A DNA stretch of 37,197 bases from a virus. Its lineage: Duplodnaviria; Caudoviricetes. Every line of letters begins with the position of its first letter. Position 1 is the first letter of the stretch. Position numbers and translations under genes: made by a program. Where the stretch lies: the IMG/VR virus record IMGVR_UViG_3300048609_000006, positions 1 to 37,197 of that record, one strand, 5' to 3'. Shown piece by piece: positions 1 to 9,025 of this stretch. A model generated the notes under the pieces. The model had not been told where the DNA came from. It ran no database searches and was given only the letters and a program-made list of their open reading frames with translations.

Positions 1-171
1 GTTTCTTAAATATCGCATCGTTTGAATAATCAATTCATGCGATTTTTGAGAAAAATCTCGATCCTCTAAAAAATCGATTTTGTCTAAAGCATCAGGGTCG
101 AGGAACACCGCACCCAAAACCGCTTGCTCAGCCTCCAAGTTTCTTATATCCGGTTCCATTTCCATATACAT
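1..171 (-). CDS. dnaB: Replicative DNA helicase, DnaB family, N-terminal part (runs off window edge)
   Basis: Not in ORF track. Manual translation from ATG 171 (RBS GGAGGTG): MYMEMEPDIRNLEAEQAVLGAVFLDPDALDKIDFLEDRDFSQKSHELII. 'EAEQAVLGA' and 'DF...H' are hallmarks of the DnaB N-terminal domain. Follows a G39P-like loader. Confidence 0.9.
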   Translation of the reverse strand, partial: MYMEMEPDIRNLEAEQAVLGAVFLDPDALDKIDFLEDRDFSQKSHELIIQTMRYLRN

Positions 172-451
172 AGGGATCACCTCCCTCATTGACATATTGG
201 ATAAAGGCTAGGTCGGCATTGCGTAATTCAATTTCCTTATCATGACCTGTTTTAAAATATCCAGTTATGGAGGCTGGAGTAGGGATGTGTTCACTTGTTC
301 TCAAATGCTCTTTTAGATTTTTTACTGCTATATCTACTGGGATATCAATTAACAATTCGAACCAAGTGTCAACCTTACTCTCTGAAAACAAGAAATCTTG
401 TCGGCAATCAGATATTATGTCCATCAAGTCGATTACGTCCTTTCGCTCCAC
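128..451 (-). CDS. Helicase loader/inhibitor, SPP1 G39P-like
   Basis: Likely GTG start at 451 after AAGGGAGGGG. Pattern 'KVDTWFELLIDIPVDIAVKNLKEHLRTSEHIPTPASI'. Lies between initiator and helicase. Confidence 0.75.
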   Translation of the reverse strand: MERKDVIDLMDIISDCRQDFLFSESKVDTWFELLIDIPVDIAVKNLKEHLRTSEHIPTPASITGYFKTGHDKEIELRNADLAFIQYVNEGGDPYVYGNGTGYKKLGG

Positions 452-1340
452 CTGACCCCTCCCTTTCTCTAGCAGCAGCAATTGCATCTTTAGTTTGTTC
501 CGGCCGATTTCGCACACTGCTTTTAATTACAGAATCCTTTTTCATCCCGAGTTGCACATATTGTTTCCTGAGTTTAGAAGGGCTTAGGATATTGATTTGC
601 CAAAATGAATCTTTTGTTGCCCAATCAATGATTTCCCTAAGCTCGACTAGATTGCGCTTATCAATCTCCACAATCTTTCTAAACTCGTCTCGCCATTTTT
701 GCAAATCTGCATTTTTAACAAGGTGATCTTTTTTATTAATTACAGCATGATCCATTATTTTATTAAAAAAATAAGTTGAAATTTGATAGTAAACATCGTC
801 CTCTGAATAAGTGATTTTCTTATTGAGAGAAGAAGTCTTTATATCTCTTTCTTTATCTAGTTCTAGTTCTAGTTCTAGTTCTAGTTCTGTTGCGTGACCA
901 AGCGTGACATTAGCGTGACTGTCACGCTCTACTATAATAGAAGGAAGACGTTTGTTCTTACGCTCCTTTTCCTTCCTCAAGCGGCTCTGTTCCTTGATTT
1001 TATCGAGTTTTTCAGCCGCTTGGTGCTTCTCCCAATTTGCAATACAAATTCGTCCTGATTCATCTATTTCAAGCATTTCATATGACTTGCTTGAGAATAA
1101 TTTGAGAGCCACTTCAATCATTTGCTGACTCTCGTTAAATAAAACAGATAAATTTTGTGACGTATAAGGTGTATCTTCGTTTAAGAATATCCACCCGCCC
1201 GCATTGGTCTTTCCAGCCTGCATTAATAATTGAAACCACAGAAGAACTAGCGTTTTTCCTTCCGGCATTGACTTAATGAGTTTTATCTTTTCGTCCTCAA
1301 AGATGTCGGTGAGGACTTTAATCCATTTAATTTCAGCCAT
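408..1340 (-). CDS. Phage replication initiator (replisome organizer N-terminal domain)
   Basis: 'IKWIKVLTDIFEDEKIKLI...LLMQAGKTN...IANWEKHQ' N-terminus. C-terminal 'IIDWATKDSFWQINILSPSKLRKQY' as in lambda O/phage Rep proteins. Carries internal iterons. Confidence 0.9.
   Translation of the reverse strand: MAEIKWIKVLTDIFEDEKIKLIKSMPEGKTLVLLWFQLLMQAGKTNAGGWIFLNEDTPYTSQNLSVLFNESQQMIEVALKLFSSKSYEMLEIDESGRICIANWEKHQAAEKLDKIKEQSRLRKEKERKNKRLPSIIVERDSHANVTLGHATELELELELELDKERDIKTSSLNKKITYSEDDVYYQISTYFFNKIMDHAVINKKDHLVKNADLQKWRDEFRKIVEIDKRNLVELREIIDWATKDSFWQINILSPSKLRKQYVQLGMKKDSVIKSSVRNRPEQTKDAIAAAREREGSGGAKGRNRLDGHNI
856..885. repeat. (TCTAGT)x5 tandem hexamer encoding an ELELEL linker
   Basis: Five exact units visible in the sequence. 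Confidence 0.9.
892..928. other. Putative replication origin iterons inside the initiator gene
   Basis: GCGTGAC at 892, 902 and 913, plus inverted GTCACGC at 921. AGCGTGACtGTCACGCT palindrome at 912-928. AT-rich tract nearby (~730-850). Confidence 0.7.
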
Positions 1341-1352
1341 TAGATCACCCGC

Positions 1353-2441
1353 TTAATGTTTATAAATCTCTTCTACCAGCCGAACAACGGTCGCAATCAA
1401 TATTTCTCGTTTCTCGTCAAGCGCGAGCGATGGCGAATCATCCAGTTCGCGTTTTAACGCCTCCATCCCAGCCCTGAACGCGGCTTCGTTGGCTTCTTCT
1501 TGTGTTTGTTCAACCTCGTAACCCTCGACCAAAACTCTCTCCAACAACTCGGTTGAAATGTAATTAAAGGGGTGAAAATTACCGTACCAAATTTCGCCAT
1601 CTTTTTTTATTTCTCGATGTTTCCTTATGAGGTATTTATGTTCCTTGTACAAATGGGTATCTAAAGCACATTTAATGGCCTTATCCAACTCTTTTGAGAG
1701 TACGATATTTTCAGGTTCGACCGTGTAACCGTTAACGAGGGCTTTAAGCAACAAATCGCCGTTTTCTATTTCCTTTACATATCTTTCTAAAATGATAGTT
1801 TCCTTCCTATCTCCTTCGCTGATATAAGTAAAAAATAATCTAGCGAATGAAGCTGGTGTGAAATTATCTTTTTTAAAATATTCAATTGCCTCCGCCACGT
1901 CCTTTGGCAACACTACCGACTGGTGATCCAACATAGCGCGTTCTAACGCGGATTCGAGATAAATCCTAGACTCAACCTCAGCGTTATGCGCCGTCCAAGC
2001 GCTGCTGACTTCTACATTCAATTGCCGAATCTGCTCGATTTTTTTGTTAGTTAACTCTGTCAGCGACTTGACTTGACGTTGCAGCCCTTGTACCTCTTCA
2101 AGGCGCTGGAGGTTTTCTTGGGTAAGTTGAGTGAATACTTCAGGAATGTCGCAATCATGAACTAGGCTTTTATGGATAACATGACCTTTATATTTACCGC
2201 TCACCACCACCCAAAAACCATTGTTGAGTTCCCTGACTTCAAGAACGTAGCCTTTTTTCTCATTGAAATTGCCCGCATACATGTTGGTGTTAGTGACGAC
2301 AATTTGAAATCCGTTGCTTAATTCCTGCTCAAGAACTTCGATATGACCAACCGCTTCGTTGAATGTGCTTTGTTGTACGGTCCCGTGTTTATACCTAGCT
2401 ATATTTTTTAATTCCTGTAGTCTTTCCTTTGATAATTTCAT
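1353..2441 (-). CDS. Hypothetical protein with coiled coil and two DUF1642-like units
   Basis: 'VVLPKDVAEAIE...LKALVNGYTVE' followed by 'IVLSKELDKAIK...ERVLVEGYEVE'. Confidence 0.6.
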   Translation of the reverse strand: MKLSKERLQELKNIARYKHGTVQQSTFNEAVGHIEVLEQELSNGFQIVVTNTNMYAGNFNEKKGYVLEVRELNNGFWVVVSGKYKGHVIHKSLVHDCDIPEVFTQLTQENLQRLEEVQGLQRQVKSLTELTNKKIEQIRQLNVEVSSAWTAHNAEVESRIYLESALERAMLDHQSVVLPKDVAEAIEYFKKDNFTPASFARLFFTYISEGDRKETIILERYVKEIENGDLLLKALVNGYTVEPENIVLSKELDKAIKCALDTHLYKEHKYLIRKHREIKKDGEIWYGNFHPFNYISTELLERVLVEGYEVEQTQEEANEAAFRAGMEALKRELDDSPSLALDEKREILIATVVRLVEEIYKH

Positions 2442-3196
2442 CTTATGGCCTCCAATTGGTAATTAAATATTCTTTCGAATCCCTTGCTCTCCAACGCATC
2501 CTCAACAGCTTTTTCAGCCAGTTCAGGCGTGTTATTCGCCTTTGAAAGATGGGTTAATATGATCCGTTCCCCAGTGCCGAGAATAAGCTTAGAAAGCGCT
2601 TCTGCGGTCTGTTCGTTGCTCAAATGCCCCAAGTCCGAGCATATCCGGGCTTTTAATTGGTCATGGTAACCACCATTGATGAGCATGTCCAAGTCGTGGT
2701 TTGCCTCAATGATGTAGATGTCCGATCCACTCATCGCTTCTATCATGTTGTCATCTACAACGCCAGTATCCAGGCAGACTGAAAGTTGTTGCCGACTATC
2801 GTCAGTAATCACAAATCCTAGCGGATCAAAGTCATTGTGATGCGTGTGGAACGATTCGATATAAAACTCACATTCAATATTTACCGTTTCGCCAACCACT
2901 AAAATATTTTGCAAATCATCGTTAACGGTTTGCATATACTTCTCGTTTTTCCAAGTTCCCTCGGAAGCGTAAACAGGTATTCGATACTTATTCGCCAGTG
3001 ATATTCCTTGGCAGTGGTCCTGGTGTGGATGCGTCACGAATATGGCTTGTATTTCCGTTGGGTAAAATCCGTTCTGAATCAGCAAGCTTTCAATTTTAGT
3101 TTTTGGCAGCCCACACTCGACAAGGATTATTGTTTCATTGGAGCGAACGGCAATTACGTTGCCGCCCGATCCTCCTGCTATGATTTTTACGTTCAT
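2438..3196 (-). CDS. MBL-fold metallo-hydrolase (YycJ/WalJ-like nuclease)
   Basis: 'GSGGN', 'THPHQDH', 'IEANHD', 'GHLSN' and 'LTHLS' motifs. Confidence 0.9.
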   Translation of the reverse strand: MNVKIIAGGSGGNVIAVRSNETIILVECGLPKTKIESLLIQNGFYPTEIQAIFVTHPHQDHCQGISLANKYRIPVYASEGTWKNEKYMQTVNDDLQNILVVGETVNIECEFYIESFHTHHNDFDPLGFVITDDSRQQLSVCLDTGVVDDNMIEAMSGSDIYIIEANHDLDMLINGGYHDQLKARICSDLGHLSNEQTAEALSKLILGTGERIILTHLSKANNTPELAEKAVEDALESKGFERIFNYQLEAIR

Positions 3197-4134
3197 TCTG
3201 GTAGATCATCGCCCTTATCGGCGATTTGTTTTTCGATGAAGGACAGTAATGCTTTGCGCTCTGAGATAGTTGGAACATCTCCAGCAGCTTTCATATGGGT
3301 GTTCATGTAAGCTAGAATATCCGCATCTGTAACAATGCCCAATTCTTTCAGTTTGGCTTTGATTGTTTTGTTCAATGCTTTGCGCTCGGTTTCTTCATCG
3401 ACTGGCGTTATTTCAACGTCGATAGCCTTAGATGCTTCGGTTGCTCGCTTTGATGCAGGCTTTGTAGGTTCCTTAGCTGACGGTGTAGTTTCTGCATCTG
3501 GGTTAATTTCTTTACGTTCATACGGCGCATTGTTCGAATCCTGTGCTTCATCATCTTCAAAGCCTAAACCGAATGCCGCATTCAAAGCCCGCTTAGCCAC
3601 ATGCTTTTTGAACATATCTGGCAAGTTGTTTTTCCACATAGTCTTTTGCATGCCGCTTTGAGAGTTCTGCAAGTGTTCGACTTCTTCGATGCCCATCACG
3701 ACGGTAAATGGTGAAAATCCATCCCGATAAGCAATTGCGTAACCGCCAATTATCTTACCCCTTGGAAACGTCCAACTATGTTCATCGATCACGGCATAAT
3801 ATCTGCCATCCTCTGCTCGTTCTTGGTGCATGTTGAATTTATCGTGTTCATGCACCATTTGAGCATCATAACCCTTGTAATCGTTATGCTTGCGAGCTTG
3901 CTTTACGTGGAACCCAATGCCGAACTGAGGGACAAGCTTACCTAGATATACCGTCGGATAAATCTCATTAAGCAACGGATTTGCCCCTAGTGACTTCGAA
4001 ATAGTCATAAACAATCTGAACTGCGGCTCGGTGCAATCCTTGGCAATGGTTTCATGAATCGTTTGGATCATGGTTTCGTCCAAGTCGCCAAATGTGAACT
4101 TTTTGTATTCTACTAATTGATTAGCCAAGGACAA
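3193..4134 (-). CDS. Single-strand annealing recombinase, Bet/RecT family
   Basis: 'TIAKDCTEPQFRLFM...LGANPLLNEIY' and 'MWKNNLPDMFKKHVAKRALNAAF'. Sits between the ATPase and the MBL nuclease. Confidence 0.85.
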   Translation of the reverse strand: MSLANQLVEYKKFTFGDLDETMIQTIHETIAKDCTEPQFRLFMTISKSLGANPLLNEIYPTVYLGKLVPQFGIGFHVKQARKHNDYKGYDAQMVHEHDKFNMHQERAEDGRYYAVIDEHSWTFPRGKIIGGYAIAYRDGFSPFTVVMGIEEVEHLQNSQSGMQKTMWKNNLPDMFKKHVAKRALNAAFGLGFEDDEAQDSNNAPYERKEINPDAETTPSAKEPTKPASKRATEASKAIDVEITPVDEETERKALNKTIKAKLKELGIVTDADILAYMNTHMKAAGDVPTISERKALLSFIEKQIADKGDDLPE

Positions 4135-4408
4135 TTACCTCCCAAAAATCTATTGTTTTCTTCATCTTGCGGACTTCCTCGACCTTGGCATCGCCGTAAT
4201 CCTCCAACAACCAATCTTCTTTAGGCGTAGCAGATCGAGTAACAACAGCCTTAAAATTCTTATCGCCATTGGTGAAGACGATCTCCGCTTTCTGCCATCT
4301 ACCCTCTTGTGTCCACTCACCGCGCTTTACAGCGATTAGATTAGATTCGTTGCTTTCAAGGGAGCCGTTTTCGAAAAGCTCATTTAATTGCTTTTGGGTT
4401 AATTTCAT
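4121..4408 (-). CDS. Hypothetical phage protein
   Basis: 95-aa ORF overlapping both neighbours in the operon. Confidence 0.65.
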   Translation of the reverse strand: MKLTQKQLNELFENGSLESNESNLIAVKRGEWTQEGRWQKAEIVFTNGDKNFKAVVTRSATPKEDWLLEDYGDAKVEEVRKMKKTIDFWEVIVLG

Positions 4409-4758
4409 TTGATCGCCTCTTTCAATTTATTTAAAACTCCTAATAGCGCTGTGTTGAATTCGTCAGCATCCCAATTCATGCCAAGCTTGCCTTCTGTAGC
4501 TCTATGCAACAGAGCATCAATGTTTGTTTCCTCCGGAATCCATTGATCTTCTAGCCCATGGCAAGAACAATGGCCGCCATTTACTTCGAACAATTGCCCT
4601 TGCCCAGTTTGGAAAAGAACAAAGGCGTTTCCTGAGTAATCTCTATAGGCGTAGGAAGCGAGCAAAACAGTTGAGTTCGCTAACTGATCGGATGGTATTT
4701 CAAAGTCTTTGCACATTCCCTCCAAGTCTGACCAATCGTGTAAAAAGATAGGGTCCAT
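4405..4758 (-). CDS. Hypothetical phage protein with GGHCSCHGL motif
   Basis: 117 aa, acidic, possible metal-binding HCSC. Abuts the ATPase stop codon. Confidence 0.7.
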   Translation of the reverse strand: MDPIFLHDWSDLEGMCKDFEIPSDQLANSTVLLASYAYRDYSGNAFVLFQTGQGQLFEVNGGHCSCHGLEDQWIPEETNIDALLHRATEGKLGMNWDADEFNTALLGVLNKLKEAIK

Positions 4759-6300
4759 CTAAATCACTTCCTGTCCATTAATTTGTAATGCTTGACCCTC
4801 GACAACCCTGCTGATTATCGCTTGCCCATACACCTTTATCTCGCCTGTGTAGCTCTCGACGTTGTCCAAAAAGCAAGGAACAATTAACCCTGATTGTTTA
4901 TGCAGCACCTCATGAAGCTCCAGTCCAGCGGCCATCTTTTCCCCTTGGCTCAATGCACTAAAGTCCTTATCATCCATCTGAATCATGAAAAATGGCTTGT
5001 ACTCGCCAGTAGATTCAACGTAATTGAAAAGTCGCACCTTGAGCCTTGTGAACAACGCCTCAACCTTCGAAACTTGCAAGCTAGCTTCTGTGGCATTGAA
5101 GGATTTAATAGCATCGAGAACAAATATAGAGTCCTTATTTGATGCCAGGTGTTCGGCTTCGAGCTTCTTGGCTGCATCCAGTTGCCCGGTCAAAGCGTCC
5201 TTTTGTTGCTGCTTGCGGATAGCATCTTTATTTACCTCAAACTCCGCTTCTAGCAACTTAATCTGATCGCGCTGCTCTGAAATATCAACAGATTCAATTC
5301 CTTCAAGTTCTGCTTCTAGCAACTTCCGCTTAGAAACGAGTCCCGCATGATTCGCCTTAAATGCCTCGATTCTCTTTTCCTTATCTGCAACGACAGCAAC
5401 TTTAGCTTCATCGGGCAGCGTCTGCTTACAGGTTCGGCATGTGTCGATAATCTGCTCATCCCTCAAGTAAGGCCACTGCTCAACTAATGGCGTTATTTGT
5501 TCTTTTGTGGAGTTAATACGACTGACTAAGGATGCTATCGACATGTTAACGTCAACGCCATCATCCGCAATCTTTACTATAAAAATTATCTGTTTTTCGA
5601 GGTCTGCGTTATCCGAAGCCAACTTCTCCAAATCGACATCCGGCACATCCTTAAACGCCTTGATCTGATCTTGAATGGTTTTAACACTGCCCTGCGACTT
5701 CTTCCAAGCATCCTCTTTTTTATTCTTGTTATCCGTATGCTTGGCTTTTAAATCAGCAATGCTCGCCTTTTTAAGATCGGTTTCCAATCTCTTTGCATAA
5801 GGGTTTATTTCCTTGCCATCTGACATGGCTGCAAATATATCTGCATTTAATGGAGCTGAAACATATTTCATGATCTGTTTGCGCTGATCCTCCCACTTCT
5901 GTGAGAAGAAGAAGGCTGGGTTATAAAGCGAAAGAAACATTTCCTTTTCGAAAAGTGAATCCACGAATGCCTTGTACTCAGTGGCTGTAACAGGCACTTC
6001 GTTTTTGTAAAACACGTTCTTTCCATTGACGATTTCACGCTTGAGCAGATATTCCGCGCCGTCTTTTGAAAGAAGCAGTTCCACCGAAACCGTGTCATAA
6101 TCGTAAGTAGTTGGTGTTGGATCGAACTTGCTGCCGTTCATTAAATCGACACCATACAAGCACCAAATTGGAGCTTCGCCAATGGATGTTTTACTCTCGC
6201 CATTTTTCCCAGTAAGCTTTAAGACATCGGGATAAGTGATATTAAGATCGCGCACGGCTTTAAAATTGTGTAACGTCAGTTCAAGGAATTTAACGATCAT
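4759..6300 (-). CDS. SbcC/Rad50-like ABC-ATPase
   Basis: 'LHNFK', Walker A-like GKNGESKTS, long coiled coil with central CRTC hook, signature LSQGEK, Walker B CFLDNVES. Confidence 0.85.
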   Translation of the reverse strand: MIVKFLELTLHNFKAVRDLNITYPDVLKLTGKNGESKTSIGEAPIWCLYGVDLMNGSKFDPTPTTYDYDTVSVELLLSKDGAEYLLKREIVNGKNVFYKNEVPVTATEYKAFVDSLFEKEMFLSLYNPAFFFSQKWEDQRKQIMKYVSAPLNADIFAAMSDGKEINPYAKRLETDLKKASIADLKAKHTDNKNKKEDAWKKSQGSVKTIQDQIKAFKDVPDVDLEKLASDNADLEKQIIFIVKIADDGVDVNMSIASLVSRINSTKEQITPLVEQWPYLRDEQIIDTCRTCKQTLPDEAKVAVVADKEKRIEAFKANHAGLVSKRKLLEAELEGIESVDISEQRDQIKLLEAEFEVNKDAIRKQQQKDALTGQLDAAKKLEAEHLASNKDSIFVLDAIKSFNATEASLQVSKVEALFTRLKVRLFNYVESTGEYKPFFMIQMDDKDFSALSQGEKMAAGLELHEVLHKQSGLIVPCFLDNVESYTGEIKVYGQAIISRVVEGQALQINGQEVI

Positions 6301-6647
6301 CTCTCACCCGCAGCTTTCTTCCACTGCTTGGAGTTGATTTTGTCTTTGTAGGCTTCTGGCTTTTCGAGTTGTTTGGCCACTTTTAGAGAAGTGCCTTTAA
6401 CTGCTTCGAGATGATCGCGATCTTGAACAACAAGCGTTCCCCATCTTGACTTGCTGTAAGGAACCTTCTTATCGCGCTTTCCGTCCACCCTTTTACATGG
6501 AACTCTCTTGCTGTTATGCCCACCTTTAGCGGCTACAGCCTCCCGAATAATCCCTGCGGTTGTTTGGATGGCAAGTTCCTGTTTAGAGTTGGCGAACCTC
6601 TTGGATACGGATAGAGCTAATTTTTCGGACTTGGTTAAATGTTTCAT
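6297..6647 (-). CDS. Highly basic hypothetical protein
   Basis: Probable start at ATG 6647 (MKHLTK) after AGGAGG. Lys/Arg-rich. Confidence 0.65.
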   Translation of the reverse strand: MKHLTKSEKLALSVSKRFANSKQELAIQTTAGIIREAVAAKGGHNSKRVPCKRVDGKRDKKVPYSKSRWGTLVVQDRDHLEAVKGTSLKVAKQLEKPEAYKDKINSKQWKKAAGER

Positions 6648-6757
6648 CGTGATTTTTCCTCCTATTTTTATGATTTTTGGCAGCAGAGAATATGCCACCA
6701 GACGATAAGGTTACTTCTGGGGTAAATGTGGTTATGGGTTAAAGAGGACCATTTATT

Positions 6758-6970
6758 TTAGCTTTCCAGTTGCTCGATCTTCTCCAAAGCCTCTTCCAAC
6801 TGCTCTTTTAGTGATTCTATTTCGCTTTCCATCTTCGCTGCGGCACGATCAAGATCATCGTAAGCATCCTTAAGCTTGTCCCAGACAACCGGTCCAATGA
6901 ACTGCTCGTTTTCGTCTAAAACAGTCTCTAAATCACTTGCCAAGGCTGAGATTGCGATTTTTACTGACAT
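6758..6970 (-). CDS. Small acidic coiled-coil protein
   Basis: 70 aa with a GGAGG RBS upstream. Confidence 0.65.
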   Translation of the reverse strand: MSVKIAISALASDLETVLDENEQFIGPVVWDKLKDAYDDLDRAAAKMESEIESLKEQLEEALEKIEQLES

Positions 6971-7200
6971 TCGATTTCCTCCACTTCTACAATTATTCCG
7001 TTCTCTTTTAAAACCTCAAGCCATAGCTCTTTCGTTTCATCCGAACAATGAGCCATAGCGTCTGTCCATGTCGGCCGACGTCCATGCTGACCATAGAACC
7101 AACACTTCCAAAACAAACTTTCTTGATTGTGCGGGTTTGCTGGATCATGATCTACAGCGCACTGTTGGCATTTGTCGGGTGCTGGAGGTAGTAGAAACAT
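6961..7200 (-). CDS. Small Cys/His-rich hypothetical protein
   Basis: CQQC-x3-H-x5-H...AHC. Start overlaps the upstream stop (TAATG). Confidence 0.7.
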   Translation of the reverse strand: MFLLPPAPDKCQQCAVDHDPANPHNQESLFWKCWFYGQHGRRPTWTDAMAHCSDETKELWLEVLKENGIIVEVEEIECQ

Positions 7201-7457
7201 TAGAGTTCCGCCAATTCTTGCTCAAGGCGCTTGATTTCCGCAGTAGCCAACACGGTAAAATTATCCTTCAATGTCCCGAACAACTTAGGATGAATTCTCC
7301 TTTCAATTTCAAAACTCGATCCGTTATATCGGAATAAAATTGAGTGTACTTCCTCATTGTTAAGTTTAATGTTCCGCTTAAGCTCCTCAATCTTGTTCAT
7401 CAACAACTTGGATTTTTCAATGCGGACTCTCATATATTCATAAGTTTTAATATCCAT
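7200..7457 (-). CDS. Hypothetical phage protein
   Basis: 85 aa with AGGAGG RBS. Confidence 0.7.
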   Translation of the reverse strand: MDIKTYEYMRVRIEKSKLLMNKIEELKRNIKLNNEEVHSILFRYNGSSFEIERRIHPKLFGTLKDNFTVLATAEIKRLEQELAEL

Positions 7458-7466
7458 GCGTTCCTC

Positions 7467-7613
7467 CTAATCGCCCACAGGCGGTCTTATTTTTAATGCT
7501 GCGAGTTCCTTTTCCTCAAGCTCCAAGTCGCACTGCTGTTTGTATGCGTCTAGCTCGTCCACAGAGGGTTTGTTGCGGGATTCTTGGGATAATGGTTGGT
7601 CAAAGCGGTCCAT
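7467..7613 (-). CDS. Small hypothetical protein (48 aa)
   Basis: Below ORF-track cutoff: MDRFDQPLSQESRNKPSVDELDAYKQQCDLELEEKELAALKIRPPVGD. RBS GGAAGTGGTG. Confidence 0.55.
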   Translation of the reverse strand: MDRFDQPLSQESRNKPSVDELDAYKQQCDLELEEKELAALKIRPPVGD

Positions 7614-7719
7614 CTACGATCACCACTTCCAAAAATCGTTCAAATGTCATGAGGTGATATAAGCCGCGTAAACGAAATTCATTGCCTAAAAACTCAATCA
7701 ACTCGTCTGGTAATCTCAT
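7600..7719 (-). CDS. Small hypothetical protein (39 aa)
   Basis: MRLPDELIEFLGNEFRLRGLYHLMTFERFLEVVIVDGPL. RBS GGGAGG. Confidence 0.55.
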   Translation of the reverse strand: MRLPDELIEFLGNEFRLRGLYHLMTFERFLEVVIVDGPL

Positions 7720-7822
7720 CGACTTCCTCCCTCCCCGCATCATGGATGCACCATGCAAGGGTTAAAAATGTTAAGGTAAAAATGGACGCTCCGAGCAATT
7801 GCCATATAGGGTTAAGGCTCAT
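7694..7822 (-). CDS. Small single-pass membrane protein (42 aa)
   Basis: MSLNPIWQLLGASIFTLTFLTLAWCIHDAGREEVDEITRRVD. ATGA overlap with upstream stop, RBS AAAGGAG. Confidence 0.55.
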   Translation of the reverse strand: MSLNPIWQLLGASIFTLTFLTLAWCIHDAGREEVDEITRRVD

Positions 7823-8163
7823 TGGGTTGCTCCTTTCTTCATGCTTTTAACCCAATCTGGCTCCCATTCGTCAATCCAAATGAATACGATATCGTAATAG
7901 TTCATAGGTGTGTCGAAGTAGGATTTAACATTGAATTCCGTCCAATAATCTTTCCAAAGAGCTGAACGAACCGACCTCAACTTTGAATTGTATAAACCCG
8001 AAGTCTTGCCTCCGAGAATCTCAATTAGGCGTGTAGCTGTATAAGCTTTAACCGCTTTACGCTCAGGTGCTTTAAATGTGATCAAGCTATTTAGGATTGA
8101 TATGGTCTTGTCCCTCTCCGCCAGCAATCTCGACAACTCCGCTATCCGTTGTTCCTGCGACAT
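7819..8163 (-). CDS. Stand-alone ORF6C-domain protein
   Basis: 'VRSALWKDYWTEFNVKSYFDTP...IWIDEWEP' resembles the ORF6C antirepressor C-terminal domain. RBS GGAGGTG. Confidence 0.7.
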   Translation of the reverse strand: MSQEQRIAELSRLLAERDKTISILNSLITFKAPERKAVKAYTATRLIEILGGKTSGLYNSKLRSVRSALWKDYWTEFNVKSYFDTPMNYYDIVFIWIDEWEPDWVKSMKKGATQ

Positions 8164-9025
8164 TCACTATCACCTCCTCCGATACGACTGTGACACCTCG
8201 CCACGTTTTGAATAATTCCTGAACCAATGGATCAAACCGCTTGATAAAGTCCTGTACCGCCTCGTTAGCCTCTTTATGACCAGCTATGAGTCTGTACTGC
8301 TGCTTGGCGTTGCTATTCTCCATGGTGACCACGTTAATGATGGATCGTAAGGATTTTCGTAAATCTCCATAAGCCTGTGATTCTTTGTCGCGTTGGGTAA
8401 TCTTCTCTGCAAAATCACGTTCCATGTTTTTCATATCCAGTTGTAATTTGATGTTATCCTTAGCCAGTTGATACTCTTTATCTTCTTTAGCTTCCAGTTT
8501 AGCAATGCGCTTAAGCGATTCTGTGTCGATTGTGGGTGGCTTAGAACGTTCCTCATTGAGTTCTCGCTGCTGGGTAATGGTTAGGTTTTCTAGGCGGATG
8601 CGCTCGGATTCGGCTTGCTTGAGTTGCTTAGTGACTTCCCTTAGCTGCTTGACCGTCATATCCTCCACTTGCTTTGATTCGCCTGTAGACGGAATGGTGT
8701 GAGGGTCGGCTATGAACTCGGCACGATCCACTGATTCGGGAAGAGAGATAACTTGCCTGATTTTTGTCCATTCAAGACCATCGAAAAGCGAATTCGAGTT
8801 CGTATTTGAATCGTAAAACTTCATGAACTCTTGTGCGTAGCGGTTGGTAAATTCAAAATTATTTTCAATCCATTTAGTGAATTCGCCATGCGAGACAACA
8901 GATTTTGCTTCGTTTAACCGTCTTCCGATTTCCCAAGCATGATGGGCTATTGATTCTTTCATTGACTGTTCGAATATTTTAATTTCGGCGGTTATTGTTT
9001 CAATCGATCTTATTACTATGCTCAT
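8087..9025 (-). CDS. DUF3102-domain DNA-binding protein
   Basis: 'ITAEIK...EIGRRLNEAKSVVSHGEFTKWIENNFEFTNRYAQEFMK' and 'EDMTVKQLRE', then coiled coil. Confidence 0.85.
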   Translation of the reverse strand: MSIVIRSIETITAEIKIFEQSMKESIAHHAWEIGRRLNEAKSVVSHGEFTKWIENNFEFTNRYAQEFMKFYDSNTNSNSLFDGLEWTKIRQVISLPESVDRAEFIADPHTIPSTGESKQVEDMTVKQLREVTKQLKQAESERIRLENLTITQQRELNEERSKPPTIDTESLKRIAKLEAKEDKEYQLAKDNIKLQLDMKNMERDFAEKITQRDKESQAYGDLRKSLRSIINVVTMENSNAKQQYRLIAGHKEANEAVQDFIKRFDPLVQELFKTWRGVTVVSEEVIVNVAGTTDSGVVEIAGGEGQDHINPK

